Virus record (IMG/VR): IMGVR_UViG_3300022927_000016
Strand: one strand, 5' to 3'
From: an uncultured virus (IMG/VR IMGVR_UViG_3300022927_000016)
Lineage: Duplodnaviria > Heunggongvirae > Uroviricota > Caudoviricetes
DNA length: 64,000 bases
Part shown: positions 1 through 8,838 of the stretch, piece by piece
Layout: every line of letters starts with the position of its first letter
How positions within the stretch are numbered: position 1 is the stretch's first letter
Made by a program: the position numbers and the translations under genes
The notes under the pieces: model-generated
The model's database searches: none
What the model was told of the DNA's origin: nothing
What the model saw: the letters and a program-made list of their open reading frames with translations, nothing else

Positions 1-2
1 AT

Positions 3-425
3 GTTGTACAAGGTCAAACAAATTTAGTTGTTGATTTGCCAGATGGCACTACTTACGAAAGACCAGACCCAACGGATGTTGATCACACTTATGAATTAGA
101 TGAGTGTACTTACAATCTAGACGGTATATTAAGCGAAGACGGTACAACTTATAGTGGTGGTACATGGACTATGTCTTGGAAACAACCATGGACATCATGG
201 GAACAATTAATCATTGTAAGAAATAATATGTTAACTGCGTCTGATAGTAAAATTGCTGACGATATGCCAGAGGCAACTAAGCAACTTTGGTTAGACTATA
301 GACAGAAGTTAAGAGATTTACCAGCATTGTTTGGACATGGCACTGATTCAGAGTTACCAGCGTACATGATTAACTTTCCAGTTGAGCCAGGTGCAAATAT
401 TTTACCAATAGAGGACGACGAATAA
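3..425 (+). CDS. Tail fibre assembly chaperone-like protein, 5'-truncated by window edge
   Basis: Frame open from nt 3; motif WEQLIIVRNNMLTASD..D.PE....W..YRQKLRDLP typical of phage tail assembly chaperone domain; paralogous to 1921..2883. Confidence 0.7.
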   Translation, partial: VVQGQTNLVVDLPDGTTYERPDPTDVDHTYELDECTYNLDGILSEDGTTYSGGTWTMSWKQPWTSWEQLIIVRNNMLTASDSKIADDMPEATKQLWLDYRQKLRDLPALFGHGTDSELPAYMINFPVEPGANILPIEDDE

Positions 426-426
426 A

Positions 427-1167
427 ATGTCTAGTTTAAGATCCTTATTACAATACGGAACTTCTTCAAGCGGATCAACACCGTTAAGAAGTTTACGAGT
501 TTATAATACAAATATTACAACTCAAAACAACGGCGGCCAGTGTTGCTTATGGACAGTACCAGCAGGTGCTTCGTGGGCGGCTTTTGAAGTTTGGGGTGGC
601 GGAGGTCCAGGTGCAGGCGTATGTTGTTGCCAACAAGGATGGTCCGGTGGATCAGGGTCTTATGGTAGAAGAATTATTGAAGTTAATAACGGAGATGCAT
701 TTACGATCTGTGCAGGTGGCTCAACTTGCTGTCACTCAAGATGTTACAGTTGTAGAGGATTTCCAAGTTGGGTATGCGGGCCAAGCGGATTTTGTATGTG
801 TTCATCAGGTGGAGCAGAAGCGGCTTCTAAATGTTGGTTTAGCCAAAGTTGTTCATACAGCGGGTGTCAAATGTTTAACTGCGGATGTGTTAACGGTGCT
901 ACATTAGCAATGTGTGGTACAACAGGAGGCGGACACGGATCTGCTCACTGTGCATCAGATATGCACCAGTTTATACCAAGTGCGCCTTTTACAGGTTCAA
1001 CAAGAATGTCACGTTCAGGATGTTATAGATCACATGGTCAAGACCAAGGAGATCACGGTGTGTTTCCAGGAGGCGGCGGCGCATCAGGAGTAACACATGA
1101 TGAAGTATGTTATTGCGGAGCGAAAGGAATGGGCGGATTAGTAACAGTTTACTATACGTCAACATAA
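427..1167 (+). CDS. Cys/Gly-rich tail-fibre adhesin-like protein (gp38-like glycine-rich domain)
   Basis: WTVPAG...FEVWGGGG...GGSGSY...PGGGG...GGLVTVYY architecture; 23 Cys in 246 aa. Confidence 0.6.
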   Translation: MSSLRSLLQYGTSSSGSTPLRSLRVYNTNITTQNNGGQCCLWTVPAGASWAAFEVWGGGGPGAGVCCCQQGWSGGSGSYGRRIIEVNNGDAFTICAGGSTCCHSRCYSCRGFPSWVCGPSGFCMCSSGGAEAASKCWFSQSCSYSGCQMFNCGCVNGATLAMCGTTGGGHGSAHCASDMHQFIPSAPFTGSTRMSRSGCYRSHGQDQGDHGVFPGGGGASGVTHDEVCYCGAKGMGGLVTVYYTST

Positions 1168-1182
1168 GGAGTAAATAGTAGT

Positions 1183-1905
1183 ATGTCAACATTAAGAGAT
1201 TTTTTATTCGGATACGACGATCCTAAAGCAGTTCCTAGAGAGATCGCAGTCTATAATACAAGTACGACAACTCCAAATAATGGCGGAAGATGTTGTTTAT
1301 GGACAGTACCAGCAGGCGTTGCATATGCAACATTTGAAATTTGGGGCGGAGGAGCGTCTGGAGACGGCGCTTGTTGTTGTCAACAAGGTTATCCATCTTC
1401 CGGTGGAAGTTATGGACAAAAAGCGGCAGAAGTATCAGGCGGTCAGCAATATACAATTTGTGCGGCAGGGTCGACTTGCTGTAGACAAAAAGGAAACTGT
1501 CAACAAGGTTATGATTCATATGTATGTAGATCAGGTGACTGGTGTGCAAGAGCGTGTGGAGGAAGAGTTTTACGTACAGAATGTTTTATGTATAACAACT
1601 GTTATTCATGTTGTAGAATGAGATACTGTGTACACGGTTTCTCCGGTATGGACTTTGGCGTTGGTGCTACACAATCAACATCACAGTTAAGTCAATACTG
1701 TCATGATAGAGGAAATATGTTCGTTGGCGATCCTCCAGGACGCGGCGGAATGAGAAACGGTCCAAATGGCTGTTGTTTATGGGGCGGATCAGAAGGTTTT
1801 GGTTTATTCCCAGGCGGTGGCGGTATGTCAGCACAATCATTTAGTGAAGTGTGTTGTTGCGGATCACCAGGAGCAGGCGGACTAGTATACGTTGTATACT
1901 ACTAA
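1183..1905 (+). CDS. Cys/Gly-rich tail-fibre adhesin-like protein, paralog of 427..1167
   Basis: Shares NNGG.CCLWTVPAG, CCCQQG, TICA.GSTCC, FPGGGG, GGLV.V.Y; 23 Cys in 240 aa. Confidence 0.6.
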   Translation: MSTLRDFLFGYDDPKAVPREIAVYNTSTTTPNNGGRCCLWTVPAGVAYATFEIWGGGASGDGACCCQQGYPSSGGSYGQKAAEVSGGQQYTICAAGSTCCRQKGNCQQGYDSYVCRSGDWCARACGGRVLRTECFMYNNCYSCCRMRYCVHGFSGMDFGVGATQSTSQLSQYCHDRGNMFVGDPPGRGGMRNGPNGCCLWGGSEGFGLFPGGGGMSAQSFSEVCCCGSPGAGGLVYVVYY

Positions 1906-1920
1906 GAGGTAAGGATAAAA

Positions 1921-2883
1921 ATGACAATTATTAGAAAACAATTTAACTATCCTAAACCAGATGAATATTTGGGGCAGATTGATGAACAACAATTACAAGG
2001 AACCCATACGTATGAGGGTCCTCCAGCATTATGGGTTTTTATTGATAATGTAACAAACAAAATTGCACCTAGAGCGCATATGGAAGAAGAAGAAGGCATG
2101 GACGTTCCAGCGCCTTTAGGTCTTCGTAAAGTATTAGTTGATTGTGAAGAAAATCCTATTATTTGTTCATTAATGGAATGTGATTGTGACGATGAAGAAC
2201 ATGAATTAGTTTCAGAAGAACTTCCTAATGGTGTAACTTATCTTACATATATGGATCCACCACCTGATCATACATACGAAAAATTTGATATTGAATGTAA
2301 TTCTAACAATGAGTTTGTCAAAGTAGCAAGTTCAACTAAGGGCGGTGTACCACATTATCCTTGGAAACAACCACACATTAAATGGCCTCATCTACGTAGA
2401 CATAGAACAACATTATTAGGCTGGAGTGATGACAAAGTAAACACAGATATGCCGGCTTCGTTACAAGAAGAATGGAATACTTTCAGACAAATATTACGCG
2501 ATATGCCAGTACTTTACGGTGATAGTTTTGATGTTGAAATTACTACTTCCGGTACAGGATATGAAGTTGGAGATAAGATTAAATTTGCGGCTTCTAATCT
2601 AGACGATTATATTGTTGCAGATGAACTAGTTGCTACTGTTAAAACAGTTGGAGCAAGTGGTGAAATTACAGCACTATCATTAAGTGATAATCAAGCAATT
2701 AATGACGGTAATGATATTATTGTAGGTAGATCAGCAAAAGAGTTTGCTAATGCTCCATACACATATGAAGCAGTTACAGACGGCGCAAATGCTGGTGCAG
2801 ATGCTACATTTAGAGTACACAAATGTCAGCGTTATGCGGCTTGGAAAGTAGATACTCCACGTTCACCTTGCGGCACTGCATAA
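1921..2883 (+). CDS. Tail fibre assembly chaperone-like protein with inserted beta-repeat domain
   Basis: WPHLRRHRTTLLGWSD..DMP....EW..FRQILRDMP motif; C-terminal GTGYEVGD repeat unit; SD gaggt/aagga upstream. Confidence 0.6.
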   Translation: MTIIRKQFNYPKPDEYLGQIDEQQLQGTHTYEGPPALWVFIDNVTNKIAPRAHMEEEEGMDVPAPLGLRKVLVDCEENPIICSLMECDCDDEEHELVSEELPNGVTYLTYMDPPPDHTYEKFDIECNSNNEFVKVASSTKGGVPHYPWKQPHIKWPHLRRHRTTLLGWSDDKVNTDMPASLQEEWNTFRQILRDMPVLYGDSFDVEITTSGTGYEVGDKIKFAASNLDDYIVADELVATVKTVGASGEITALSLSDNQAINDGNDIIVGRSAKEFANAPYTYEAVTDGANAGADATFRVHKCQRYAAWKVDTPRSPCGTA

Positions 2884-2916
2884 GTCACAATTAAACATAA
2901 TCAGCACCTGCTTACT

Positions 2917-2922
2917 TAAATA
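2917..2922 (+). promoter_or_regulatory. T4-type late promoter core TAAATA, 5 nt before ATG 2928
   Basis: cttacttAAATAattgcATG; same motif and spacing recur in the window. Confidence 0.6.
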
Positions 2923-2927
2923 ATTGC

Positions 2928-3758
2928 ATGAGCAATAAAGTAAGATTCGCGGGTGCTCAACTACCCGTAACGCAAAATCTAGAAGAAAATAAAAAATCAA
3001 TTATGAAGGCCATTGACTGGGCCTCAGATAATAATTGCAACTGGATTCTTACACCTGAAGGATCACTATCAGGTTACTTTCCCAACTTTGATCTTATTCC
3101 AGAAAACGGAATGGCTGATATTGCTAAAGCAACATATGATATTGTTACATACGCAAATAAAAAGAACATGGGAATTGCACTAGGAACACTATGGGTTGAT
3201 ATAGAACACCGAGGCACAATTAGAAGAAATCAAATTAGATACTATGATAATCAAGGCGAATTATTAGGAGCAACTAACAAGCAGTACATTGTCGGTGGAG
3301 AAGATAGTCCACATCACAGTTGGGATCAAGTATTAGCAGATCCTCCAGGAACCACAAAAACACACTACCTTGATGGTATAAGAACTACAGGAATGATTTG
3401 TAATGATCTATGGGGCAACGGCTTTAGATTTAATGCGCCTAGTTTACCATTAATGGCAAGTATACATCAAGTAGACCTTATATTACACAGTACTAACGGA
3501 GATAGAGGAAATAGTCAGGACAGTATTTGGATGGAATGGCATGATATCCATCTTAGAATGATGAGTTTACAATATAATATTCCTATTATAACTGTTGATA
3601 GTTGTTGTGATAAATTTGGAGAAAATAGGCAACTGCCTACAAGTTCTCCGAGCGGAGTAGTAGTAAACGGTGAATGGGTAGTACAAGTGCCACGAACAGA
3701 ACAACAACACTTTTATTGGGATTATTTCAAACCTGAAGGTGAAAACTTAAACACATAA
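2928..3758 (+). CDS. Carbon-nitrogen hydrolase (nitrilase superfamily)
   Basis: AGAQL N-terminus; Glu-Lys-Cys triad motifs TPEGSLSGY, NKQY, ICNDLW; PSGVV C-terminal motif. Confidence 0.85.
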   Translation: MSNKVRFAGAQLPVTQNLEENKKSIMKAIDWASDNNCNWILTPEGSLSGYFPNFDLIPENGMADIAKATYDIVTYANKKNMGIALGTLWVDIEHRGTIRRNQIRYYDNQGELLGATNKQYIVGGEDSPHHSWDQVLADPPGTTKTHYLDGIRTTGMICNDLWGNGFRFNAPSLPLMASIHQVDLILHSTNGDRGNSQDSIWMEWHDIHLRMMSLQYNIPIITVDSCCDKFGENRQLPTSSPSGVVVNGEWVVQVPRTEQQHFYWDYFKPEGENLNT

Positions 3759-3787
3759 TAAGTATTTGAAACAAAGGAACAAAACTA

Positions 3788-4759
3788 ATGTCAAACAGAA
3801 ACACAGCCTTTTTTATTAACGGCGGAGCCGGTAGAGTACTTTGCTCTATTCCAGCCCTTGAAAAATATCACGAAGAAAATCCAAACGATGATTTTATTTT
3901 AGTTTGTGAAGGAGGCACTGAACTGTATAAAGGTCATCCTGTACTTCACAAAAAAGCATACGATCATTGGCATAAGAATTTGTTCGAAGACAAATTAAAA
4001 CATATGAATTTAGTTACACCTGAACCATATCGAGTATTTGAATATTACAACCAACAAGCAAGTTTATCTCAGTGCTATGATATTGAAATTAATAAAAAGG
4101 GTGTAAGAGATCTATCTAAGCCTACTCTTAAATTAAATGCTCAGGAGATAATGACAGGACAAAAATTAGTTTCTGAAGTAAAAGAAAAGACTGGTAAAGA
4201 TAAAGTAATTGTATTTCAACCATTTGGCAGAGGAACAATTCACGAAAATGGAATGATTGTTGATCCAAGTGGTCGAAGTTTCGAAGCAGACAACGTAATT
4301 AATATTGTTGATAAACTTAGCAAAAAATACGGTGTAATTTTTATGAGCGAAATTGGCATTGAATTTAATAAGCACGGTGTTAAACAACCTGTTGCAATTC
4401 CACAAAATATTGAACTTAGATTTTGGTGTGGAATTATCAATGCCGCTGATCACTTCTTAGGTTGTGATAGTGTTGGTCAACATATTGCATATGCTCTTGA
4501 AAAGACAGCAACAGTTGTTGTTGGATCTACTTTTAAAGAAAATATTTCATATCCAAATGAAGAAAAACATGATATTTTAGATATGGGAGAAGGCGCAAGA
4601 GTTTATAGTCCTATTAGAATTACAATGGACGAATGGTCTGATAGAACTAACGAAGGTATTATGCATATGAATGAAAAAATTGAAGATATCATTCTTGAAT
4701 CTGTTAATAACATGATTAAAACAGGAAAAAATGCAGAAGCCAACAAAACGAAAAAGTAG
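3788..4759 (+). CDS. GT9-like glycosyltransferase (heptosyltransferase-like, GT-B fold)
   Basis: N-terminal GGAGRVLCSIPALE (cf. GT9 GD.l...P.l) and ADHFLGCDSVGQHIAYA (cf. GT9 D.fig.DSG..HlA.A). Confidence 0.7.
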   Translation: MSNRNTAFFINGGAGRVLCSIPALEKYHEENPNDDFILVCEGGTELYKGHPVLHKKAYDHWHKNLFEDKLKHMNLVTPEPYRVFEYYNQQASLSQCYDIEINKKGVRDLSKPTLKLNAQEIMTGQKLVSEVKEKTGKDKVIVFQPFGRGTIHENGMIVDPSGRSFEADNVINIVDKLSKKYGVIFMSEIGIEFNKHGVKQPVAIPQNIELRFWCGIINAADHFLGCDSVGQHIAYALEKTATVVVGSTFKENISYPNEEKHDILDMGEGARVYSPIRITMDEWSDRTNEGIMHMNEKIEDIILESVNNMIKTGKNAEANKTKK

Positions 4760-5636
4760 ACTCTTTACTTTTGGATGCAGTTTTACTATGTATGCGTGGC
4801 CAACGTATGCAGATATTCTAGGTAATCATTTTGAACATTACGAAAACTGGGCGTTTCCAGGATTAGGCAATCGTGCGATTGCTGAACGTATTGCAGAATG
4901 TCATGTAAAAAATAATTTCACAAAGAATGATGTAGTATTAGTACAATGGAGTACTCATATTAGAAACGACTGGCATACGTTTTCTCCTATGCAGTTTAAT
5001 CCTGATAGTTTCTTACACGTATGGTTCAGAAATAATTCAAATATTGGATGGAAAACACAAGGAAGTATTTTTAATGTTAGTAATAGACAATACGTTTATA
5101 ACAATCATTGGGTTAATACCTTTTGGGACGAACACAGTTATATGATGTATAGCCTAAACGATATGCTACTAACACAAGGACTATTAGAAAGTACAGGGTG
5201 TACTTGGCGTATGACTAGTATTGGTGATTTTCAAAAGATGTGTACAGATATTCCTAATGCACAAGATGAAAATATTTCAGATAAAGACGATATTTTTAAA
5301 TCTAAACCTGAATTTGAAGTATATAGATCTGTGTTAGAACATGAAAACTGGGTAACACCAATTGGAACATATAGTTGGAATAACGGTGCTGACAGTTATG
5401 AATTTCAAAATAACCAAGGCACATGGTTAGAAGTTCATCCTAGTCATAAACAGCATTATTACTATGTAAAAGATGTTATAGATCCTAGTTTAAATTTAGA
5501 TTTAGATTTAACATTTTATAAAAATAATGTTAGTGATAAAATTAGAGATTTAAAAAAAGAGCATAATGAATTCCTAGAATTCCAAGAAGCAATCTATAAC
5601 AATATAGATTTCAAACCAGTTTATAGAGGTTTTTAA
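4731..5636 (+). CDS. SGNH/GDSL-like hydrolase or acyltransferase family protein
   Basis: FGCSFT block I, GLGNRAI block II, C-terminal HPS..QH; paralog of next gene and of 61976..62779. Confidence 0.55.
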   Translation: MQKPTKRKSRLFTFGCSFTMYAWPTYADILGNHFEHYENWAFPGLGNRAIAERIAECHVKNNFTKNDVVLVQWSTHIRNDWHTFSPMQFNPDSFLHVWFRNNSNIGWKTQGSIFNVSNRQYVYNNHWVNTFWDEHSYMMYSLNDMLLTQGLLESTGCTWRMTSIGDFQKMCTDIPNAQDENISDKDDIFKSKPEFEVYRSVLEHENWVTPIGTYSWNNGADSYEFQNNQGTWLEVHPSHKQHYYYVKDVIDPSLNLDLDLTFYKNNVSDKIRDLKKEHNEFLEFQEAIYNNIDFKPVYRGF

Positions 5637-6532
5637 TGAAAAGATTATTTGTATTTGGTTGTAGTTTTACAATGTATTCTTGGCCAACATATGCAGACTT
5701 TCTCGGCTACGAATTTGACCATTATGAAAATTGGGGATTTCCAGGATTAGGTAATAGAGCAATATCACAAAGAATAGCAGAATGTCATGCTAAAAATAAA
5801 TTTACAAAAGACGATGTTGTAATTGTACAATGGAGTACTCATACACGCAACGATTGGCATACATTTAGAACTGTAGAGTTTAAAGGCAAGCGAGGAGATT
5901 CTATTAGAAATACTGATGAAATAGGTTGGAAAACTAAAGGCAGTATTTTTAATTATATGAATCGAGAAGTGTGTTATGATAATCATTGGATTCAAACATT
6001 TTGGGATGAAGATAGTTTTTTTGTACACGGAATGAATAATATTGCCCTTGCTCAAGGGCTTTTGGAAAGTACAGGTTGTACTTGGCGTATGCTTTCTATT
6101 AGTAATATGAATAAACTAGGAACTGATATGCCTGATGCTCCGGACTATGGAGAAAAAACACAGGAAACAGCAGATATTTTTATTGACAACGAGCAATTAA
6201 AAGTATATAATAATATATTGAATCATAAAAACTTTATAAAACCATTAGGATTATTTGCTTGGAACATTCCAGAAAAAAACTATAAATTCTGGGATCCAAA
6301 AACAGATACTACTTGGACAGAAATGCACCCTAGTCATTGGCAACATTGGGAGTATCTTAATCAAATTCTCCGTCCAAGTTTAGGCATTACTAATGAAAAT
6401 AACGATAAACAATATAGTACAGTAAAAAAACTAGATGAACTAAAAGATAAGTGTCGCGATCTTATTTCGTTTGAAGAAGAGATACTAGAAAATATAGTTG
6501 ATTATAGACACGTAGGATATATAGGATTTTAA
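5636..6532 (+). CDS. SGNH/GDSL-like protein, tandem paralog
   Basis: FGCSFTMYSWPTYAD, GLGNRAI, QWSTH.RNDWH, HPSHWQH shared with 4731..5636. Confidence 0.55.
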   Translation: MKRLFVFGCSFTMYSWPTYADFLGYEFDHYENWGFPGLGNRAISQRIAECHAKNKFTKDDVVIVQWSTHTRNDWHTFRTVEFKGKRGDSIRNTDEIGWKTKGSIFNYMNREVCYDNHWIQTFWDEDSFFVHGMNNIALAQGLLESTGCTWRMLSISNMNKLGTDMPDAPDYGEKTQETADIFIDNEQLKVYNNILNHKNFIKPLGLFAWNIPEKNYKFWDPKTDTTWTEMHPSHWQHWEYLNQILRPSLGITNENNDKQYSTVKKLDELKDKCRDLISFEEEILENIVDYRHVGYIGF

Positions 6533-6533
6533 T

Positions 6534-8348
6534 ATGAAAAAACCACCAATTTGGATTGCTGGAATAGCAAGAGGACACAACGCAGGTGTTTGTCTTTTAA
6601 AAGATGGAGAATTAATTTTTTCTATTGAAGAAGAACGATTGAGTAGACACAAGTATGATGGCGGACCTCTTGCATCTATGATCAAAATTCTTGAATATAC
6701 AGACAAGTTAGATTATCTAGTAGTAGCACATACACAAAGTTTAGAAGCAACAGCAGGAAAAGTAGATTTCACTGGCGACGATATCTATACCGGTCTTGCA
6801 CGTAAACTTGGTTTAATTGATAGAGATCCTAAACTACTTCCTAAACATCCTCAAGTAATTGATTACAGTTATTTCCATCATAAATTACACGCGGCATTAG
6901 GGTTTTATAATTCAGGATTTGAAGAAGCAGTTGCTCTTATAGTTGACGGTGCAGGTACATTCTTTGAAGCACAATTAGAAGGTGAATATAATCCTCCAAC
7001 TACGTTATGGGAAACAGAAAGTATTATTGATTGTGAATTTCCAGGAAACTTTAAAACTTTATATAAACATTTAGGAACAAGAGGACCATTGGTTGGCGGA
7101 GAGTTTAAAGAGTTTAATGGTGGATTCTTCGGAGAAGAAGGTCATACTATTCCTCAAATTGTTATTAGTGAAACAGCAGGTATTGTAAAAACATATGAAG
7201 CAGTAACTGAATACTGTGGCTTTAGTTTTATTGAAGCAGGAAAAACTATGGGACTATTTCCATATGGTGATACTAATGACAATATTCCACAGTTGTTTAC
7301 AAGTAATCAAACAAGTGCATTGTCAAACAGAAATGTAATTATTCCAACGTATCCTAACGGTGCTCATGTTAATCGTAATTATTTTGAAATACTTAGAGAT
7401 CGTCAAGGCCAAGACGAAGATGTTACTAAGTTGGATAACAGAAGAGACATGGCATATGCTGTGCAAACACAAACACAAAAACAAGTTGCAGATTTAATTA
7501 GAAAAGCAGTTGCAATGAGTGGTAAGAAAAATGTTGTACTAAGCGGTGGTTACGGACTTAACTGTGTTGCAAATTATTGGTATTTAGAAGAACTAAAAGA
7601 CGAAGGTATTAATTTATATGTAGAGCCAGTATCAAATGATGCGGGCACAGCAATGGGCGCGGCACTATTACAACATAGATTAGTTACTAATGACTCAACA
7701 GTATTATCTCAAAGAGATACGTTATATAACGGCCCTGCATATTGTTATTCAGATGAAGAGATTAAAGAAACAGCCGATCGGTATGAAGCAGAAGTACGTA
7801 GTGTTACTAAAGAAGATATTGTTAATTTATTGTCTGAAAGAAATATTGTTAGTATTTTTCAAGGACGATCAGAGAACGGTCCACGTGCTTTAGGTAATAG
7901 AAGTTTCTTATATGATCCTACAGATCCAGATGGTAAAGATCATGTAAACAAAGTTAAACGCCGTGAATACTTCCGTCCATTTGCAGGTACAATTCTTGAA
8001 GAAGATGTACACGAATGGTTTAACTTACGTGGTATGAAATCATCACCTACAATGATGTATGCTGTAAATTGTCAGCCAGGAATTGAAGAAAAGATTCCTG
8101 CTATTATTCACGTAGACGGTACTTGTCGTATCCAAACAGTGAATGAAAAACAAAACCCACACTACTATAATCTAATTAAAGCATTTAAAGAAAAAACTGG
8201 GATTCCTATGGTGTTTAATACTAGTTTTAATTTAGGCGGAGATCCGCTAGTTGAAACGCTTGACGATGCTATTAGAACGCTTGCAAAAAGTGATGTAGAG
8301 TACCTATATTTGCCTGAATACGATACCTTAATTACAGTTAAAAATTAA
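6534..8348 (+). CDS. Carbamoyltransferase (NodU/CmcH/TobZ family)
   Basis: EEERLSRHK, HHKLHA, VDGAG, GKTMGL, SGGYGLNCVAN, DAGTAMGAA, ENGPRALGNRS, KRREYFRPFA, HVDGTCRIQTV, NTSFN. Confidence 0.95.
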   Translation: MKKPPIWIAGIARGHNAGVCLLKDGELIFSIEEERLSRHKYDGGPLASMIKILEYTDKLDYLVVAHTQSLEATAGKVDFTGDDIYTGLARKLGLIDRDPKLLPKHPQVIDYSYFHHKLHAALGFYNSGFEEAVALIVDGAGTFFEAQLEGEYNPPTTLWETESIIDCEFPGNFKTLYKHLGTRGPLVGGEFKEFNGGFFGEEGHTIPQIVISETAGIVKTYEAVTEYCGFSFIEAGKTMGLFPYGDTNDNIPQLFTSNQTSALSNRNVIIPTYPNGAHVNRNYFEILRDRQGQDEDVTKLDNRRDMAYAVQTQTQKQVADLIRKAVAMSGKKNVVLSGGYGLNCVANYWYLEELKDEGINLYVEPVSNDAGTAMGAALLQHRLVTNDSTVLSQRDTLYNGPAYCYSDEEIKETADRYEAEVRSVTKEDIVNLLSERNIVSIFQGRSENGPRALGNRSFLYDPTDPDGKDHVNKVKRREYFRPFAGTILEEDVHEWFNLRGMKSSPTMMYAVNCQPGIEEKIPAIIHVDGTCRIQTVNEKQNPHYYNLIKAFKEKTGIPMVFNTSFNLGGDPLVETLDDAIRTLAKSDVEYLYLPEYDTLITVKN

Positions 8349-8385
8349 ATCCTCATAAGCGATAAATACTATAAAGAGGACTAAA

Positions 8386-8805
8386 ATGTTTGATATCGGT
8401 AAATTTTTCGGCAAGGGATTAAAGAACACAGTGCTAATGAAAAACGGCGCTAATATAAGTTATCACGGCCCTTGGAAAAAAATAACAGAAGATACGGTAA
8501 TCGACCGTTGGCTAGTTGGTGATTTTTGTGCCGCAGAATATACTATTGTAGCAGATCTTTCAACATTCCAAAAAGAAATTATCAAGTGTTTAGTAGTTGC
8601 TGGACCTAGTACTGCTGAATTAGTAGTGTACGGACGTTCAAATCTTGGAAATCAAATTATCGACTTAACTGCAACAGTTAATGACAGTTATGTTAACATC
8701 ATTGCTAATGCAAAACCACTCGATGATTCAGCACCAGGACGAGGTGCGAAACTAGTTTTCAGTGCCAATTACTATCAAACACAAAATGTTTTAGTACCTG
8801 CTTAA
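8386..8805 (+). CDS. Putative virion structural protein
   Basis: Preceded by gaTAAATA and SD gagga; ID.W....F.AAEYTI...KE....LVV...YG beta-domain pattern seen in T4-like tail proteins. Confidence 0.5.
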   Translation: MFDIGKFFGKGLKNTVLMKNGANISYHGPWKKITEDTVIDRWLVGDFCAAEYTIVADLSTFQKEIIKCLVVAGPSTAELVVYGRSNLGNQIIDLTATVNDSYVNIIANAKPLDDSAPGRGAKLVFSANYYQTQNVLVPA

Positions 8806-8838
8806 CGAGCAGATAAATATGTGTAATTGGAGCATCAT

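Noticed and set aside
566..1621. Alternative-frame ORFs 566..907 and 1280..1621 inside the adhesin genes
   Set aside because: Fully nested, no RBS, and explained as shadows of Cys/Gly codon usage in the paralogous main frames.
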